From Macrostomum lignano (lineage: Eukaryota): a DNA stretch of 64,000 nucleotides. Under the pieces are notes generated by a model. That model did no database searches. It was given only the letters and a program-made list of their open reading frames with translations, and was not told the DNA's origin. Positions 1 to 30,879 of this stretch are shown here, one piece after another (within the stretch, counting starts at the first letter, position 1; each line of letters begins with the position of its first letter). Location: contig NIVC01000513.1 in the NCBI GenBank assembly GCA_002269645.1, positions 62,001 through 126,000 of the forward strand, written 5' to 3'. The position numbers and the translations under genes were made by a program.

Positions 1-329
1 AATAAACTGATTTCGGCGCCACCAATAAACTGATTTCGGCGCCACCAATAAACTGATTTCGGCGCCACCAATAAACTGATTTCGGCGCCACCAATAAACT
101 GATTTCGGCGCCACCAATAAACTGATTTCGGCGCCACCTATAAACCGATTTCGGCGCCACCAATAAACTGATTTCGGCGCCACCAATAAACCGAATTCGG
201 CGCCGCCAATAAACCGCTTTCGGCGCCATCAATAAACTGATTTCGGCGCCACCAATAAACCGATTTCGGCGCCACCAATAAACCGATTTCGGCGCCACCA
301 ATAAACTGATTTCGGCGCCATCAATAAAC
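1..329. repeat. 23-bp minisatellite (AATAAACTGATTTCGGCGCCACC)n, truncated by the window edge; lies in an intron of the minus-strand gene
   Basis: About 14 near-identical tandem copies read directly. Confidence 0.95.
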
Positions 330-390
330 AGATTTTATTGACGTCTGAATCTTATTCACAATTTTTAACTTCAACATCAAATTTTCTCAC

Positions 391-2832
391 CTGACACATC
401 CTTGAAAAGTTGGCCTTGTCCGGCTGACCCATCATGTGACTGCAATGATCAGATTAGTCATCAACTTTTGCCGAACTTTTATAGCAGAATAGTTAAGCAT
501 TGTTCAACCGTCCTCACCTCCTATTGATGACCAGATCCACATACTTGGTCATGAACTCGCGGCACATCTGCACGCCCGGGTCACTCAGGTCCTCCGCCTT
601 CTGCCATTCGAGACTCATCGGCCCGGAGATGCCGCCGCCGACATTCCAGCCGCCGTCATCTCGCCATCCGCCGACGCCGCCTCCACCGACACCTCCGATG
701 CCGCCGTCCAGCTGCTGCATCTGGGGGTCCATGCCGGCCAGGGACTGCCGGCGGACCAGCGCTAAACTGTCGGTGCCGCCGAGGCCACCGAAGCCTCCTC
801 CGGACATCATCCAGCGCTCCTGCTGCTGCTGCTGCGGCTGCGACGGCGGCGGACCTCCGGCTTCGAACCTGGCGGAGCCGTAGCTGGTCGGCAGCACGCT
901 GGTGCTCAGGCGCGAGCCGGGCAGCTGGTAGGTGCGAAACTCCTGGCTGAACATGGGCTGCTGCTGCGGCTGTTGCTGCTGCTGTTGTTGCTGGTCAAAC
1001 CCACCAGAGTCCAAGCCCAGCCCTTGGCTGTAGGTTGCCACAATCTCCCGCGAGAGACTCGACATGTTCCACGAGCCTCCGCCAGTCAGAGGGTCGCCGC
1101 CGAGCTGCTGCTGCTCAGCGGCCGAGCCAGGTGCCAGGCCGTAGCTCCTACCGACGCCGCCGTAGTCGCCGAGATTCGACGAGTCGGCGACATTCTGGTA
1201 GGACAACGAGGCTCGTCGCTGGCCGAGGGGCCCGCCAAACCGGTTCGAGCCGTAGTCGCCAAAGCCGCCACCTCCGCCATAGTCGCCAACGCCGGCGGCG
1301 CCGGAGGAGAAGCGCTTTCGAATGCCGTAGATTTCGTCCGAGGTCGGTCGGCACTCGTTGTAGCGACTGCCAAGTGCTCCGAGATCCTGTTGCTGCTGCT
1401 GCTGCTGCTGCTGCTGAATGTCCAAGCCGCCGAATTCCGAACGACTGGCGCCGAAATGCGAAGGCAGCGAGCCGGCCGCCCCCATGCCCATCTGGCTCGC
1501 CTGGGACACCCCCAGGCCGAACTGATTAGCCTGAGATCCCATACCTATTTGGCCGCCGAGCTGAGATCCCATCTGGCCGAACTGAGATCCCATTTGTCCA
1601 GACTGAGATCCAGTCTGGCCGTACTGAGATCCCATTTGTCCAGATTGAGATCCCATCTGGCCGAACTGAGATCCCATCTGTCCAGACTGAGATCCCATCT
1701 GACCAGGCTGAGATCCCATCTGGCCGAACTGAGATCCCATCTGTCCAGGCTGAGATCCCATCTGACCAGGCTGAGATCCCATCTGGCCGAACTGAGATCC
1801 TATCTGTCCAGACTGAGATCCCATCTGACCAGGCTGAGATCCCATCTGGCCGAACTGAGATCCCATCTGTCCAGGCTGAGATCCCATCTGACCAGGCTGA
1901 GATCCCGCCTGGCCGAACTGAGATCCCATCTGACCAGACTGAGATCCCATTTGGCCGAACTGAGGTCCCATTTGTCCAGATTGAGATCCCATTTGGCCTG
2001 GCTGAGATCCTATCTGTCCAGACTGAGATCCCATCTGACCAGGCTGAGATCCCATCTGGCCGAACTGAGATCCCATCTGTCCAGACTGAGATCCCATCTG
2101 ACCAGGGTGAGATCCCATCTGGCCGAACTGAGATCCCATCTGTCCAGGCTGAGATCCCATCTGACCAGGCTGAGATCCCATCTGGCCGAACTGAGATCCC
2201 ATTTGGCCGAACTGAGATCCCATTTGTCCAGACTGAGATCCCGTCTGGCCGTACTGAGATCCCATTTGTCCAGATTGAGGTCCCATTTGGCCTGGCTGAG
2301 ATATCATCTGTCCAGATTGAGATCCCATCTGACCGAGCTGAGATCCCATCTGTCCAGATTGAGATCCCGCCTGGCCGAACTGAGATCCCATCTGCCCTGG
2401 CTGAGATCCCATTTGACCAGACTGAGGTCCCATCTGTCCTTGCTGCGATGATAGTTGTCCAGGTTGAGACCCCATCTGGCTAAATTGAGATCCCATCTGG
2501 CCACTCTGAGATCCCATACCCATCTGGCCACTCTGAGATCCCATACCCATCTGGCCGGTCTGAGATCCTATACCCATCTGTCCCGAGACCTGTGATCCCG
2601 GTGGGCCACCAGTCATCTTCCCCATTCCGGGTTGTTGCCATGCGGGCCTGGGGCCGGCACCCATCATCTGCTGCTGCTGTTGCTGCTGAGGAGTCATCTG
2701 GCCTCTGCCACGGCCCATCATCTGCGGCTGCTGCGGCTGCTGCTGATGCGGCCTGCCGTGATGGTCACCGGTGACCGTGGCAGTCACCGAGTCGGCCACC
2801 GATCCGAAGAACTTGCTGGCTTCCCCGAAAAA

Positions 2833-2876
<44 letters not shown>

Positions 2877-2991
2877 CTCCGCTGCCGCTGCCTCCGGCGG
2901 GGCCCATCGACATGCCTGGGCGGTTTGTTCCCGAACCGCCGCCTCCTCCTCCAGCGCCGCCGCTTCCGCCAAAAATTCCACCAAAATTCAT
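391..2991 (-). CDS. Low-complexity G/Q/M/S heptad-repeat protein with a KIAA0513-like C-terminal region; 3'-partial (exons 2991..518 and 439..391, continuing off the left edge)
   Basis: The 836-aa ORF ends at a donor AG|GTGAGG (intron 517..440, 78 nt). Acceptor TTGCAG leads into a 49-nt exon ending CAG|GTGAGA. The spliced peptide CREFMTKYVDLVINRSHMMGQPDKANFSRMCQ resembles KIAA0513 as I recall it (FMRxYVEKIF...QEEKAKFGEYC). Likely ATG at 2991, just after an acceptor at 3001-3002. The family assignment is from memory. Confidence 0.7.
1555..2570 (-). repeat. Coding 21-bp tandem repeat encoding GQMGSQ(F/S/P), about 44 copies, plus a few 27-bp GQMGMGSQx units
   Basis: Visible in both the DNA (CTGAGATCCCATCTGGCCGAA-type units) and the translation. 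Confidence 0.95.
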
Positions 2992-3157
2992 CACAGTGAC
3001 CTTTAAGGCGGGAGGGAGGTCCAAAAAAGTAGGAATTGAAATTTATCGTTAAGCTTGAGGAGTTGCGTCAGACAACACTTGGTTGTCAAGTCAACCATAA
3101 TCGACTAGCAACCAAGTGCCCCCCTTCACAGAAAACTACTTATGTGAATCCGAATTA

Positions 3158-3370
3158 CCTTGACATCTCAGCAATGCCCCCAGTAAGTCTTGACATCTCA
3201 GCAATGCCCCCAGTAAGCCTTGACATCTCAGCAATTCCCCCAGTAAGCCTTGACATCTCAGCAATTCCCCCAGTAAGCCTTGACATCTCAGCAATGCCCC
3301 CAGTAAGCCTTGACATCTCAGCAATTCCCCCAGTAAGCCTTGACATCTCAGCTATTTCCCCGGTAAGGTT
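3158..3370. repeat. 30-bp minisatellite (CTTGACATCTCAGCAATKCCCCCAGTAAGY)n, about 7 copies
   Basis: Tandem copies read directly. Confidence 0.9.
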
Positions 3371-5174
3371 TTAGCATTGGACAAGCTTGACATGACGCAA
3401 CGTTTATGTTTAATATTTAGTAAAAGCTTTCAATAAAATAAATTACATCGTTAAGATTCGAACCCAGGTCGCTGCATAAGCAGTTCAGTCTGTTCACATC
3501 CAGGCTAGCTCTCATCGACTTAATAAAATGAATTGTAGCACTTGTAATTCAACACTCACACCAAGTCAAAGTAAAAGTCACACGAAGCAGTTATGACGTA
3601 ATAGATTTCTCAGTCAGTCAGTATCAGTCTCAATTAATAAAATTAACAAGGTTACGCAATATAAACCAAGTCTCGTGCCATGCTTCCATTTAAGTCTGAG
3701 TTACAATTTTCGTTTCAGGGGAATTAAAAATGAAAGCCGATTGTCATGAAAAATTATGACTTTCTTCATGACACAGCTCAGCACTTACCTGACAGCGAAG
3801 CCTCTTAGCTTTGAACTGCTGAACTGCAGGCAGGTGTCACGAAGGGCAGCCTTTAAACTGACAATTTCAGGTTTTATACCAGATTATAAAGGAAATACCA
3901 GCTGTCCTGCAGCGGAAGCAGAACTTTGATTCGCGATGGCGACTGGGAAACTTCCTGCCAGAGCCCTGTTTTACTCCATCCATTTACTCTCTCTCTCTCT
4001 CTCTCTCTCTCGTGCGCAAAGTTTTGAGTAGAGGGCTGCTGCATGGCGATGGGGCTTTGGGGAGAGAGGAGGAGAGGGAAGGAAAGGCTGCGCGGGGAGA
4101 GAAAATGGGGGATTACCGGAGGGCAGAGAACGGGAAGAGATTCTGGGGATGAAGGAACAGGGCTACTCAGGTGTTGGGGACGGGAGTAAGGAGACTCTCC
4201 GCTCTCTTCCCTTCTCTCCCTTCCTCGCCCTCATCACCCCTCAGAGACGAGAGAGGCCGCTCCAGTCCGGTTTGAGCTGCTCAGTGGCGTATCGACCAGC
4301 GTTTTGGGGAGTGGGGGCCGCTGAGCTCAGCCCAGTGCAGCATCCTCAGGGAGGGCGGAGGCCAAGGAAGAGAGGCATTCTGAGCTCGGGAGCATGGAAA
4401 GACAAGGGGGGTTCTGTGGAGATTTGGGCCAGCAGGAGTGCACAGAGAGGGTTCTGCGGGCTCCGGAACCACCAAGTGAAGTGGACAGGATGGAGATGGG
4501 CGCAAAATGGCTCGCTAAGGTGTGAGGCGGCTCACGGGAAAATGAAGTGAAAAGCAGTTCCCACACTGCATCCATGCATGCACTGTTACTGGAGTCCCGC
4601 ATTAAAAAATTTCCGTTATTAATCCAGTTGCCATCCAAGGGGGTGCGAAAATGTTTTTGAAGCTTAGTTTAAAAACAAACAAACACGAACTTTGTCTGTT
4701 ATGATTTTGCATGTTTTTGCATGACTCTCGTGCCTCGATCCCCTGGTGGCAACGTTTTTTGGGACGATGCTTGATGCGGGATCAGAAGGATGAAGATTCA
4801 TTTTTGACCCTAGAAAATTTTTTGCAAGCTAAAAATACCTCAAGGCTGCAAATTCATTAATATAAGATGACCTCAGCAAAAGCCAAGGAGATGTCGAAAT
4901 CCGCTAAAAGTACATCTTATATTGCTGGCTCATCTTGAATTGAGGATTTGGCTGATGTGGACGGCTTGAAGAGGAACTTGATGGGCTGGCTGGGGCTTTC
5001 GAGGAAAATCTGGGAGATAGCTAAGTGCATGTGGGGCCGTTGAAGAAGGGGACTGCTGCAAGTGAAAGAGATTGATTCCCTTGGGGGATGCGAAATGACT
5101 CAAAAATGACTCTGACGAAAAACTTGACTCTTATGAGCTACTAGTTGTATTTTTGACTGTGGCTCTCATTCTAA

Positions 5175-6000
5175 TATATCTGATGATCTCATTCTGTAAT
5201 CTCTGATAATCTCGTTCTGTAATCTCTGATAATCTCATTATGTAATCTCTGATAATCTCGTTCTGTAATCTCTGATAATCTCATTATGTAATCTCTGATA
5301 ATCTCGTTCTGTAATCTCTGATAATCTCATTATGTAATCTCTGATAATCTCGTTCTGTAATCTCTGATAATCTCGTTCTGTAAACTCTGATAATCTCGTT
5401 CTGTAATCTCTGATAATCTCGTTCTGTAATCTCTAATAATCTCATTCTGCAATCTCTGATATTTCAGTCTGTAATCTCTGATAACCTCATTGGGTATTTC
5501 TGATAATCTCATAGGGTATCTCTGATAATCTCATTCTGTAATCTCTGATAATCTAGTTCTGTAATCTCTGATAATCTCGTTCTGTAATCTCTGATAATCT
5601 CATTCTGTAATCTCTGATAATATCGTTCTGTAATCTCTGATAATGTCATTCTGCAATCTCTGATAATCTCATTCTGCAATCTCTGATAATCTCATTGGGT
5701 ATCTCTGATAATCTCATAGGGTATCTCTGATAATCTCATTCTGTAATCTCTGATAATCTCATTCTGTAATCTCTGATAATCTCATTCTGTAATCTCTGAT
5801 AATCTCGTTCTGTAAACTCTGATAATCTCGTTCTGTAATCTCTGATAATCTCGTTCTGTAAACTCTGATAATCTCGTTCTGTAATCTCTGATAATCTCGT
5901 TCTGTAATCTCGGATAATCTCGTTCTGTAATCTCTGATAATATCGTTCTGTAATCTCTGATAATCTCATTGGGGTATCTCTGATAATTTCATTGGGGTAT
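5175..6000. repeat. 23-bp minisatellite (TCTGATAATCTCRTTCTGTAATC)n
   Basis: About 35 tandem copies read directly. Confidence 0.95.
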
Positions 6001-6626
6001 CTCTTATAGTCTTTTTTGATAGTTCTGATAAAGTGCAACCTTGGAAGCATAAGAACGACAGCTACTGTGTATCGCATACCCTCCACAATTTACATGTACA
6101 TTTATACACTTCTCATCGCATAGAGTGCCATGGAAAAAAATCATGAAAATGAGTTGAATTAACTAATCCTGTGTCTCAGATCTCAGCTTCATGAAATATG
6201 CAAGAACTTAGCGAATGTATATTGCAGATGTAAATGGAATTTTCTTATTGCTTAGCCATAGCAGATTTTTATTTTTCGACATTGACTATAGGGAAAGATA
6301 TGAAAAATTATTAATGGCAAATTTCATCTGATCGAATGTATCGAGAATGTACACTTTGGGCTCAACGTAAATTGAATCCACTGAAATCATCATTTTGAAT
6401 GTTGCAGGATCAAATAAACTCGGCCAGTACCATTTTACTAGCCATACACGTAGCTATATACCCGCAAATTTACATACGCGTATAAAGATCGTACATTTTT
6501 CGTTGCACCATATACATTTAGTAATTTGCCTGATTCTTGTGCAGTACCATTCTTTCAATTTTTTGGAAGAAAGATTTTAGTTAAACGCTAGAATTTCAGT
6601 ACGTGTACATGTACAAGTTTCGATGA

Positions 6627-6627
<1 letters not shown>

Positions 6628-6682
<55 letters not shown>
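6628..6682. repeat. (TA)n microsatellite
   Basis: Read directly. Confidence 0.95.
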
Positions 6683-6686
<4 letters not shown>

Positions 6687-7665
6687 TGTAATAAATTATC
6701 GCTGTAAATTCTAAATTCTGAAAGAGCAAAGAAGAAAAATGTTGAATATATCACTCGGACGAAATTAAGTTGCTACTTTTGTCAGAATGCATGTAGCCTA
6801 CTTTATTAAAATTCAACGACAGGACTATTGCATATGGATCAGCATTTACAATCAGCATTGTAGATCGAGTTAGATTTTTATGAGATTGTTGTAGTCAGTA
6901 AAAATTTAGGAAAACTAAAAGTGAAGCTCTGAAAGTTGTAAAAAGAGCAATTACAGAAGCTAAAGCTAAAGCTATGTCTAAAGCGTTTCATGTTTTAATA
7001 GTCACGTGATAAAAAAAGCTTTTTATTATCGCGGTAAACTATTATATCAAATAAATAATAAACGAGCAATGACAAACTGCTAAAAAATCTTTTCAGTCGA
7101 GCAAGCTGCATTATTTAGTTTTTTAATGGTCGAGTGCAGTTTTTATTTTGAATCCTGATGTGTTGCTTATGTACATGCTTTTTCGATCTGACAAAATCGC
7201 TTCTTTTATGAATATTATATTATATATGTTCAAATTGAAGACATTTCTAGACTAATGCTAGACTAGTGTTTATTAGAAGCGGCAGACAGAGGAGGGGGGA
7301 AGGTCTAGAAGTTATTCATCGTTTTATTATAAAATAGACTTTTTTATTTAATTTTATGACCAATATGGACAATATACCTAACAAGAACCAATAATTTAGA
7401 TCTTATAATTACGCTATTAATCTGACAAACTTGGTTGAAGTACTTAGCGAGCTAAACATTTAATTAGGATATACCGTCTGCATATAGATGTAGACATATA
7501 TGCCCCTGTAATTTCTTTTGAAGTAAATGATAAGTAAATAAAATTATGGCGTTTCATTGCTTACTATTCAAAGTTTAATTCTGTTATTTTGCTTCATTTC
7601 ATTTCAGCCATAATACTCACACTAGTTTTATCTACTAAGCAGGGCTGAATAGCCAAGCATAGCTC

Positions 7666-25382
<17,717 letters not shown>

Positions 25383-26077
25383 CTCCGATAAGGATTGATT
25401 TTTCACCAAGCAGAAATTGACAAACTATTTCAACAATGTCACCTTTAAAAATTATTGAATTCGTTTTTGAACAAAAAGATTTACTTTTATTCACAAAATA
25501 GTAGCTTTTGTTAGAATGAAGTCCTTTATTTTTTTCGAACGTTTTTTAAACTCACGCACTTTTTTCGGCTTTAAATTGACAGACCTTTGTCGTCACTTAA
25601 CTAACGCAATTCACAAACTCTTTTTTATTTTCTAGTCACAGTGCCTTTTCACTTCAACATGCACACTGAAGCTTTTAATAAAAAAGTTAGTTTTTTATTT
25701 GCAGTGACAATTAAAAACGTTTTTATTTTTAAAATACACTTTTATTCTGATATTGAAAAAATAACCATAATGTCATTGATTTGAATTTTTACTGTTTTTT
25801 GCTACAACGAAATAAGCTTCTGAATAAATGAAGCGCTGATTATTACAAAAGTAACTAGCCTTACTAAAATTAAATATAGCTCTGTAGGACAAGTTCTTCG
25901 GATATTTGTTCGCATTTTAACAAATTTCGAATTTTCACTGGAAGTCACCACCGCGGCGACAAGCTTCAATCAGCTGTAGAATTTTCAGCTGCAGGCAAAT
26001 CCACTGGAGCGCTTGGGTCTGAAGTTGGTTAAAAGCAAATCGGTTCACACGCTCTCTGATTGCATAATCAAATTTAA

Positions 26078-26270
26078 TTTCTACTTTGGCGGCCCTATCT
26101 CAACTTTGGCGCCCCCATCTCTACTTTGGCGCCCCCATCTCTACTTTGGCGCTCCCTATCTCTACTTTGGCGCTCCCTATCTCTATTTTGGCGCCCCCTA
26201 TGTCTACTTTGGCGCCCCCTATCTCTACTTTGGCGCTCCCTATCTCTACTTTGGCGCCCCCTATCTCTAC
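26078..26270. repeat. About 21-bp minisatellite (CTCTACTTTGGCGCCCCCTAT)n
   Basis: About 9 tandem copies. Confidence 0.9.
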
Positions 26271-26679
26271 TTGATTACAAAGTTTGCATGCCCAAATGAT
26301 TTAAAATTTATATCCAAGAATTCAACTAAACCTGTCTGATAAAACAGATTACATAGACCAGAGGGCAATTGCATTGGCGTGGGTAGCGTCCATTTCTGCG
26401 CCAGCGCTACTGCTACTGCTAGTAGTGTGCCGCAGAAAACTGCTTCCACTGAGCAGCCTCCTAAAGACGTCTTTCAATTCGCCGCAACGATACGTGAGTC
26501 GCTCGAGTAGCTGCGGCTGGTAAACGGTAAGAAATGAAGCGCAAAATTACATAATAATAAACAAAGTGATAAAACTTGTTTTTACATGTACTGTATGGGG
26601 CTTCCAGTGGCAAAATATTTTAGCACCTTTTGAAGACTATTCAAGAGAGACTTTAATTCTTTCCTGGGAGTCTCTTGGT

Positions 26680-27000
26680 GAGCGCCCTGTCTTCTGGTGG
26701 GCGCCCCTGTTTCTTGGTTGGCGCTCATGTCTCTTGGTGGGTGCCCCTGTCTCTTGGTGGGCGCCCCTGTCTCTTGGTGGGCGCCCCTGTCTCTTGGTGG
26801 GCGCCCCTGTCTCTTGGTGGGCGCCCCTGTCTCTTTGTGGGCGCCCCTGTCTCTTAGTGAACGCCCGGCCCGTCTCTTGGTGGACGCCCTCGTCTCTTGG
26901 TAGACGTCCCTGTTTCTTGGTAGACGTCCCTGTCTCTTGGTAGGTGCCTCTGTCTCTTGGTAGGTGCCTCTGTCTCTTGGTAGGCACTCCTGTCTCCTGG
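26680..27000. repeat. About 20-bp minisatellite (GCGCCCCTGTCTCTTGGTGG)n
   Basis: Tandem copies read directly. Confidence 0.9.
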
Positions 27001-27195
27001 TGCTCAGCTCCCTGGTTCCTGCATTCCCCGTAAGCCACCGCCACGAAAAGAGCAAACAAAATGAGATACTAACGCGGTTCAACAGCAGGCGCTGAAGCAA
27101 CCGACTTCTCGACACAAAGCTGCAGACTATGATGCCGTCCTGCAGCAGAGAAGGAAAACGCTGGCTGCTGCCAGTGCTGTAGTCGTAGCAGAGCT

Positions 27196-29051
27196 TCAGG
27201 AGGTGCGGAAGTCCAGAAACCAGATCCTCCAGCAGTGGGATATCCGCCTGCCATCGGGCATCAACTCGAAGTCCAGCATGCCGGACTGCTGCAGCTTCTC
27301 CAGCGAAATTGACTTCGCCTGCTCGACTGTCATGACCTCATGACTGGGGATCCCGGTAATGACCAAGTCGCTGTCAGCCACCTCTGCTGACCTTTGCGAG
27401 TTGCGGAACTTTGCTGACCAAAGTGACTTCAGCATCCGCTTGACGATACTGGCGCAGTCAGGAATTCTACCGATGTCTTCTAGAAGCTCCTGCTGTTGCC
27501 CCTCGTCGAGCGAAACGTCAGCTTCGCTGTCGAGCAGCTTCGCGTAGACCTTTATGGAGAATTTGTACGCGTCATCGTACTGATTTATGGCGTCGGAGCT
27601 GAGGATTTCCAGTAAACCGACCAGCGGAAAGAAGATGTAGAACTCAACTGACTCAACCGCCTTTGGATACAGACTGCTCTTAAACAGCCTAACGTACCGA
27701 GTTAGATTGTCAGAAATCTCGTTCACAGCCTCTTTTATATCGAATTTTGAGCTGTGACCATTCTTAAAGTACACATTGGCATCGCGCAGGAAGAAGTGCT
27801 TCATGCACACATCCTCGAAGTCTGAGCTCTCCATCATTTCTACGAGCAGCTGCAGCGACCGCCGCACGTGTTGCAGCAAATTCTCTGGCTTCCAGTCTTC
27901 TTCCGGCGTCTCATCGAGCATATAAAACAGCAGGTTCTTGGCTACGTACGTCTTCAGACCGCTCATTTTATTTCTGATCACCTTCTTGATGAGGAACTTG
28001 ACGATGATAAAGAACTGGCCCTGCTCGATGGTGAGGCTGTGCATGATGGCTCTCTCCAGCAGGGTTGTGCTCACCCGAACATGATGTCCCTGTCGGCCCG
28101 GAGGCGACGCAGTGACCGCGTGGCACCTGGGTGAGCTGCCGAGAACCTCCTCTCTGATCGTCCTCAGAATGCCAGCGGGCATCTGGGACGGCTGGCCTCT
28201 GCGGTTTGAGTAGCCGGGCTGCAGCAGCTCGATGCGGGGGTAGCCGCAGCAGGGCACAACCATGATAAAATCGAAGGCGACTGCGGCGTCAGACTTCGGG
28301 ATGTCCAGGTTTGGCTGGCTGACTACAATGAATGACATCCGGGTGAAAGTTGAGTCATTAGATTTTACTGGGGGACCAGGAACCCTGCGGTTATCCGGTG
28401 ACCCTAAAAGCAGGCACACACTCACACAAGATGTACTGTAGCACATGGATTTCGCATACAATCTCTAAGATGGCTTCATCCGCTTGGCAAGATTTAGAAT
28501 AAGACGAGGATTAGCGCAGTAAAATCGACTGTGTAATACTCATATCGGCGTCAACTGATGGCAACCACAGGCACTCTGTCTCACAATAGACTTCATCAGC
28601 TCTGCACCAAATTGCTCACCATGAAGAAAACAATTAAAATACCCTCGTGGTCGAAAGCCATTGTACTGAAAGCACTTTTAATACCGATGCCAGACTCACG
28701 GTCGTGGTTGAATGGAACGTGACCGTCACTGTAGACAGCTGGAGTCGGTTGTCCTTCTCCACCCGCGGTGCAGCTGGGACAAGTTGCCGAGTTCAGATGC
28801 AGCGGCTTCAAGTCCAGGAAGAAGCTGACGTCCACATCCGAGTCGTCCTCGACTCTGCCATCCAGCCGCGTCAGGCAGCTGCCCCAGCCGTCGCAGAAGC
28901 TGCCGAACACGAAAAATAGATCGCAATGAGTAGCCGACCGAATCATCTCCTCGAAGGCCCGAGCATGACCGATTTGAATGCGGGCGTTGGCCAATTTAAA
29001 CCCAGCTGTAGACATGGCAGCCGACAGCTGCTCACTGCAGCTCTGTGACAT
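27196..29051 (-). CDS. Mab-21 domain / cGAS-like (cGLR-type) nucleotidyltransferase, two exons (29051..28643 and 28403..27196)
   Basis: Phase-1 splice GAG G|GTATTT...TTTTAG|GG TCA joins the two ORFs. NTase motif FVFGSFCDGWG...DDSDVD, candidate third Asp in AFDFIMVVPC. Mab-21 C-lobe motifs RVSTTLLERAIM, LKTYVAKNLLFY, EEDWKPENL and MKHFFLRDANVY are present. Confidence 0.85.
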
Positions 29052-29418
29052 GTCAATTGTGATTAAGCAAACAGGTGAGCTTCAAACGAAACTTCATCAA
29101 AACTTTAGTGGCGTATGCTAATAAATATTAAGAAATGCTGCTAGTTCTGTAGCTGCATGGCCCCAACGGATAGATAACAAGGTATTAAATTTGCATCATT
29201 GCAGTGCGCACAGCTGGCCTGCAATCTCGTAAGTACAGGCTGAAACGCTATTAGCTTAACCCTGATGAGTCCATCGCTGCGCTTCTACCCCTCTCTCCAC
29301 TGAGAGACGTCCATTCGAGTTTTTAAAAAGTACGTGGGCTCTTTTGTACAGCACTAATTTATCTTGCGTGCCTGCTTTTGTGCTGGATAGTGAATGCTTA
29401 TTAAAGTGAATGCGAACT

Positions 29419-29638
<220 letters not shown>

Positions 29639-29899
29639 TTTTCAGCCACTGCAGCTCAAGCTGTCAGCCCACTAAGCAGCGCACTCATCTATATAGATGT
29701 CTTGGTTAGACAGAAGAGCCGCGCTGACTAAAATCAATATGCTCAGGCTGCTCAATACCCCGCGTGAATATTCAAGACTTTCACTGTCAACCTGAGACCA
29801 CTCAGTCCTGCATTTGTTTGCTGAGACAGCTCAACTGCATAGCTAGTGTTAAATAAATTAGAAAGCAACTTTGCACTTTTGCTGGTGGAACCCGCTGAC

Positions 29900-30305
29900 A
29901 CCTGAATGGACACTGATGCAGATACCCAAAGGCACCCTGACCTCGAATGGTCAATACTGCAAAGATACCAAAAGACACACCCTAAATTGACAATACAGCA
30001 GATACCAAAAGACACACACCCTGACTCCTGAATGGACACCACTGCAGATACCAAAAGACACACACCCTGACTCCTGAATGGACACTACTGCTGATACCAA
30101 AAGACACACACCCTGACTCCTGAATGGACACCACTGCAGATACCCAAAGACACACACCCTGACTCCTGAATGGACACTGATGCAGATACCCAAAGACACA
30201 CACCCTGGCACGCGAATGGACACCACTGCAGATACCAAAAGACACACACCCTGACACCTAAATGGACACTGATGCAGATACCCAAAGACACACCTAAACA
30301 CCTGA
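29900..30305. repeat. 43-46-bp minisatellite (CAGATACCAAAAGACACACACCCTGACTCCTGAATGGACACCACTG)n
   Basis: About 8 diverged tandem copies. Confidence 0.85.
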
Positions 30306-30879
30306 ATTGACTTCCCAATGCTTACAATATAGTGATGCACATCAGGGGACTTCGCAAAAAGCTTCCAGCAGCTGATGCACTCTAAAGACTCAGTTAGGAA
30401 GCAAACTAAGAATAAAAAACAGACCCTTCATCAAAGTAAACCGCATATCCTTGGAATCTAGAGAAGAAAAGAAAGTTGCATTTTGACCTTGTGCCAAATA
30501 ACAATAGAGCACTTTGCTACAGGTCCATTGTTTTGAAGTTTTTTATCTTTGAATACAAGAACACCTGTCTTCGGTTTTATCCTGCATTTTTTGCTGCTCA
30601 ATAGAAGAAACTTAGTCAGAAGGTTCACACGTCATCGCGAAGAATGGCTCAAAAACCTCATCCAGGAAGTGTTGCTTAAGGTGCTGAAAATCAAAAGCTT
30701 GTAAAAAAAGTACACATTGATTTTTGGCGAAGCAAAATTCCTTGGATGTCAAGCAAGTGCATCAGTCCATCGCTGCATTGAAAACACAACCAGTTTTTTT
30801 ATGATTCACAAGCCACAGTGCATCCTTATAAATTTATTTTGGGTCTTCGGCTTTTCAATATTTATTTGATTGATTCATT

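Noticed and set aside
973-2451. 492-aa plus-strand ORF (LRSHL repeats)
   Set aside because: Antisense shadow of the coding heptad repeat on the minus strand.
29240-29275. GAAAC...CTGATGAG hammerhead-like words
   Set aside because: Stem III does not close correctly at the NUH site and no stem II partner is visible.
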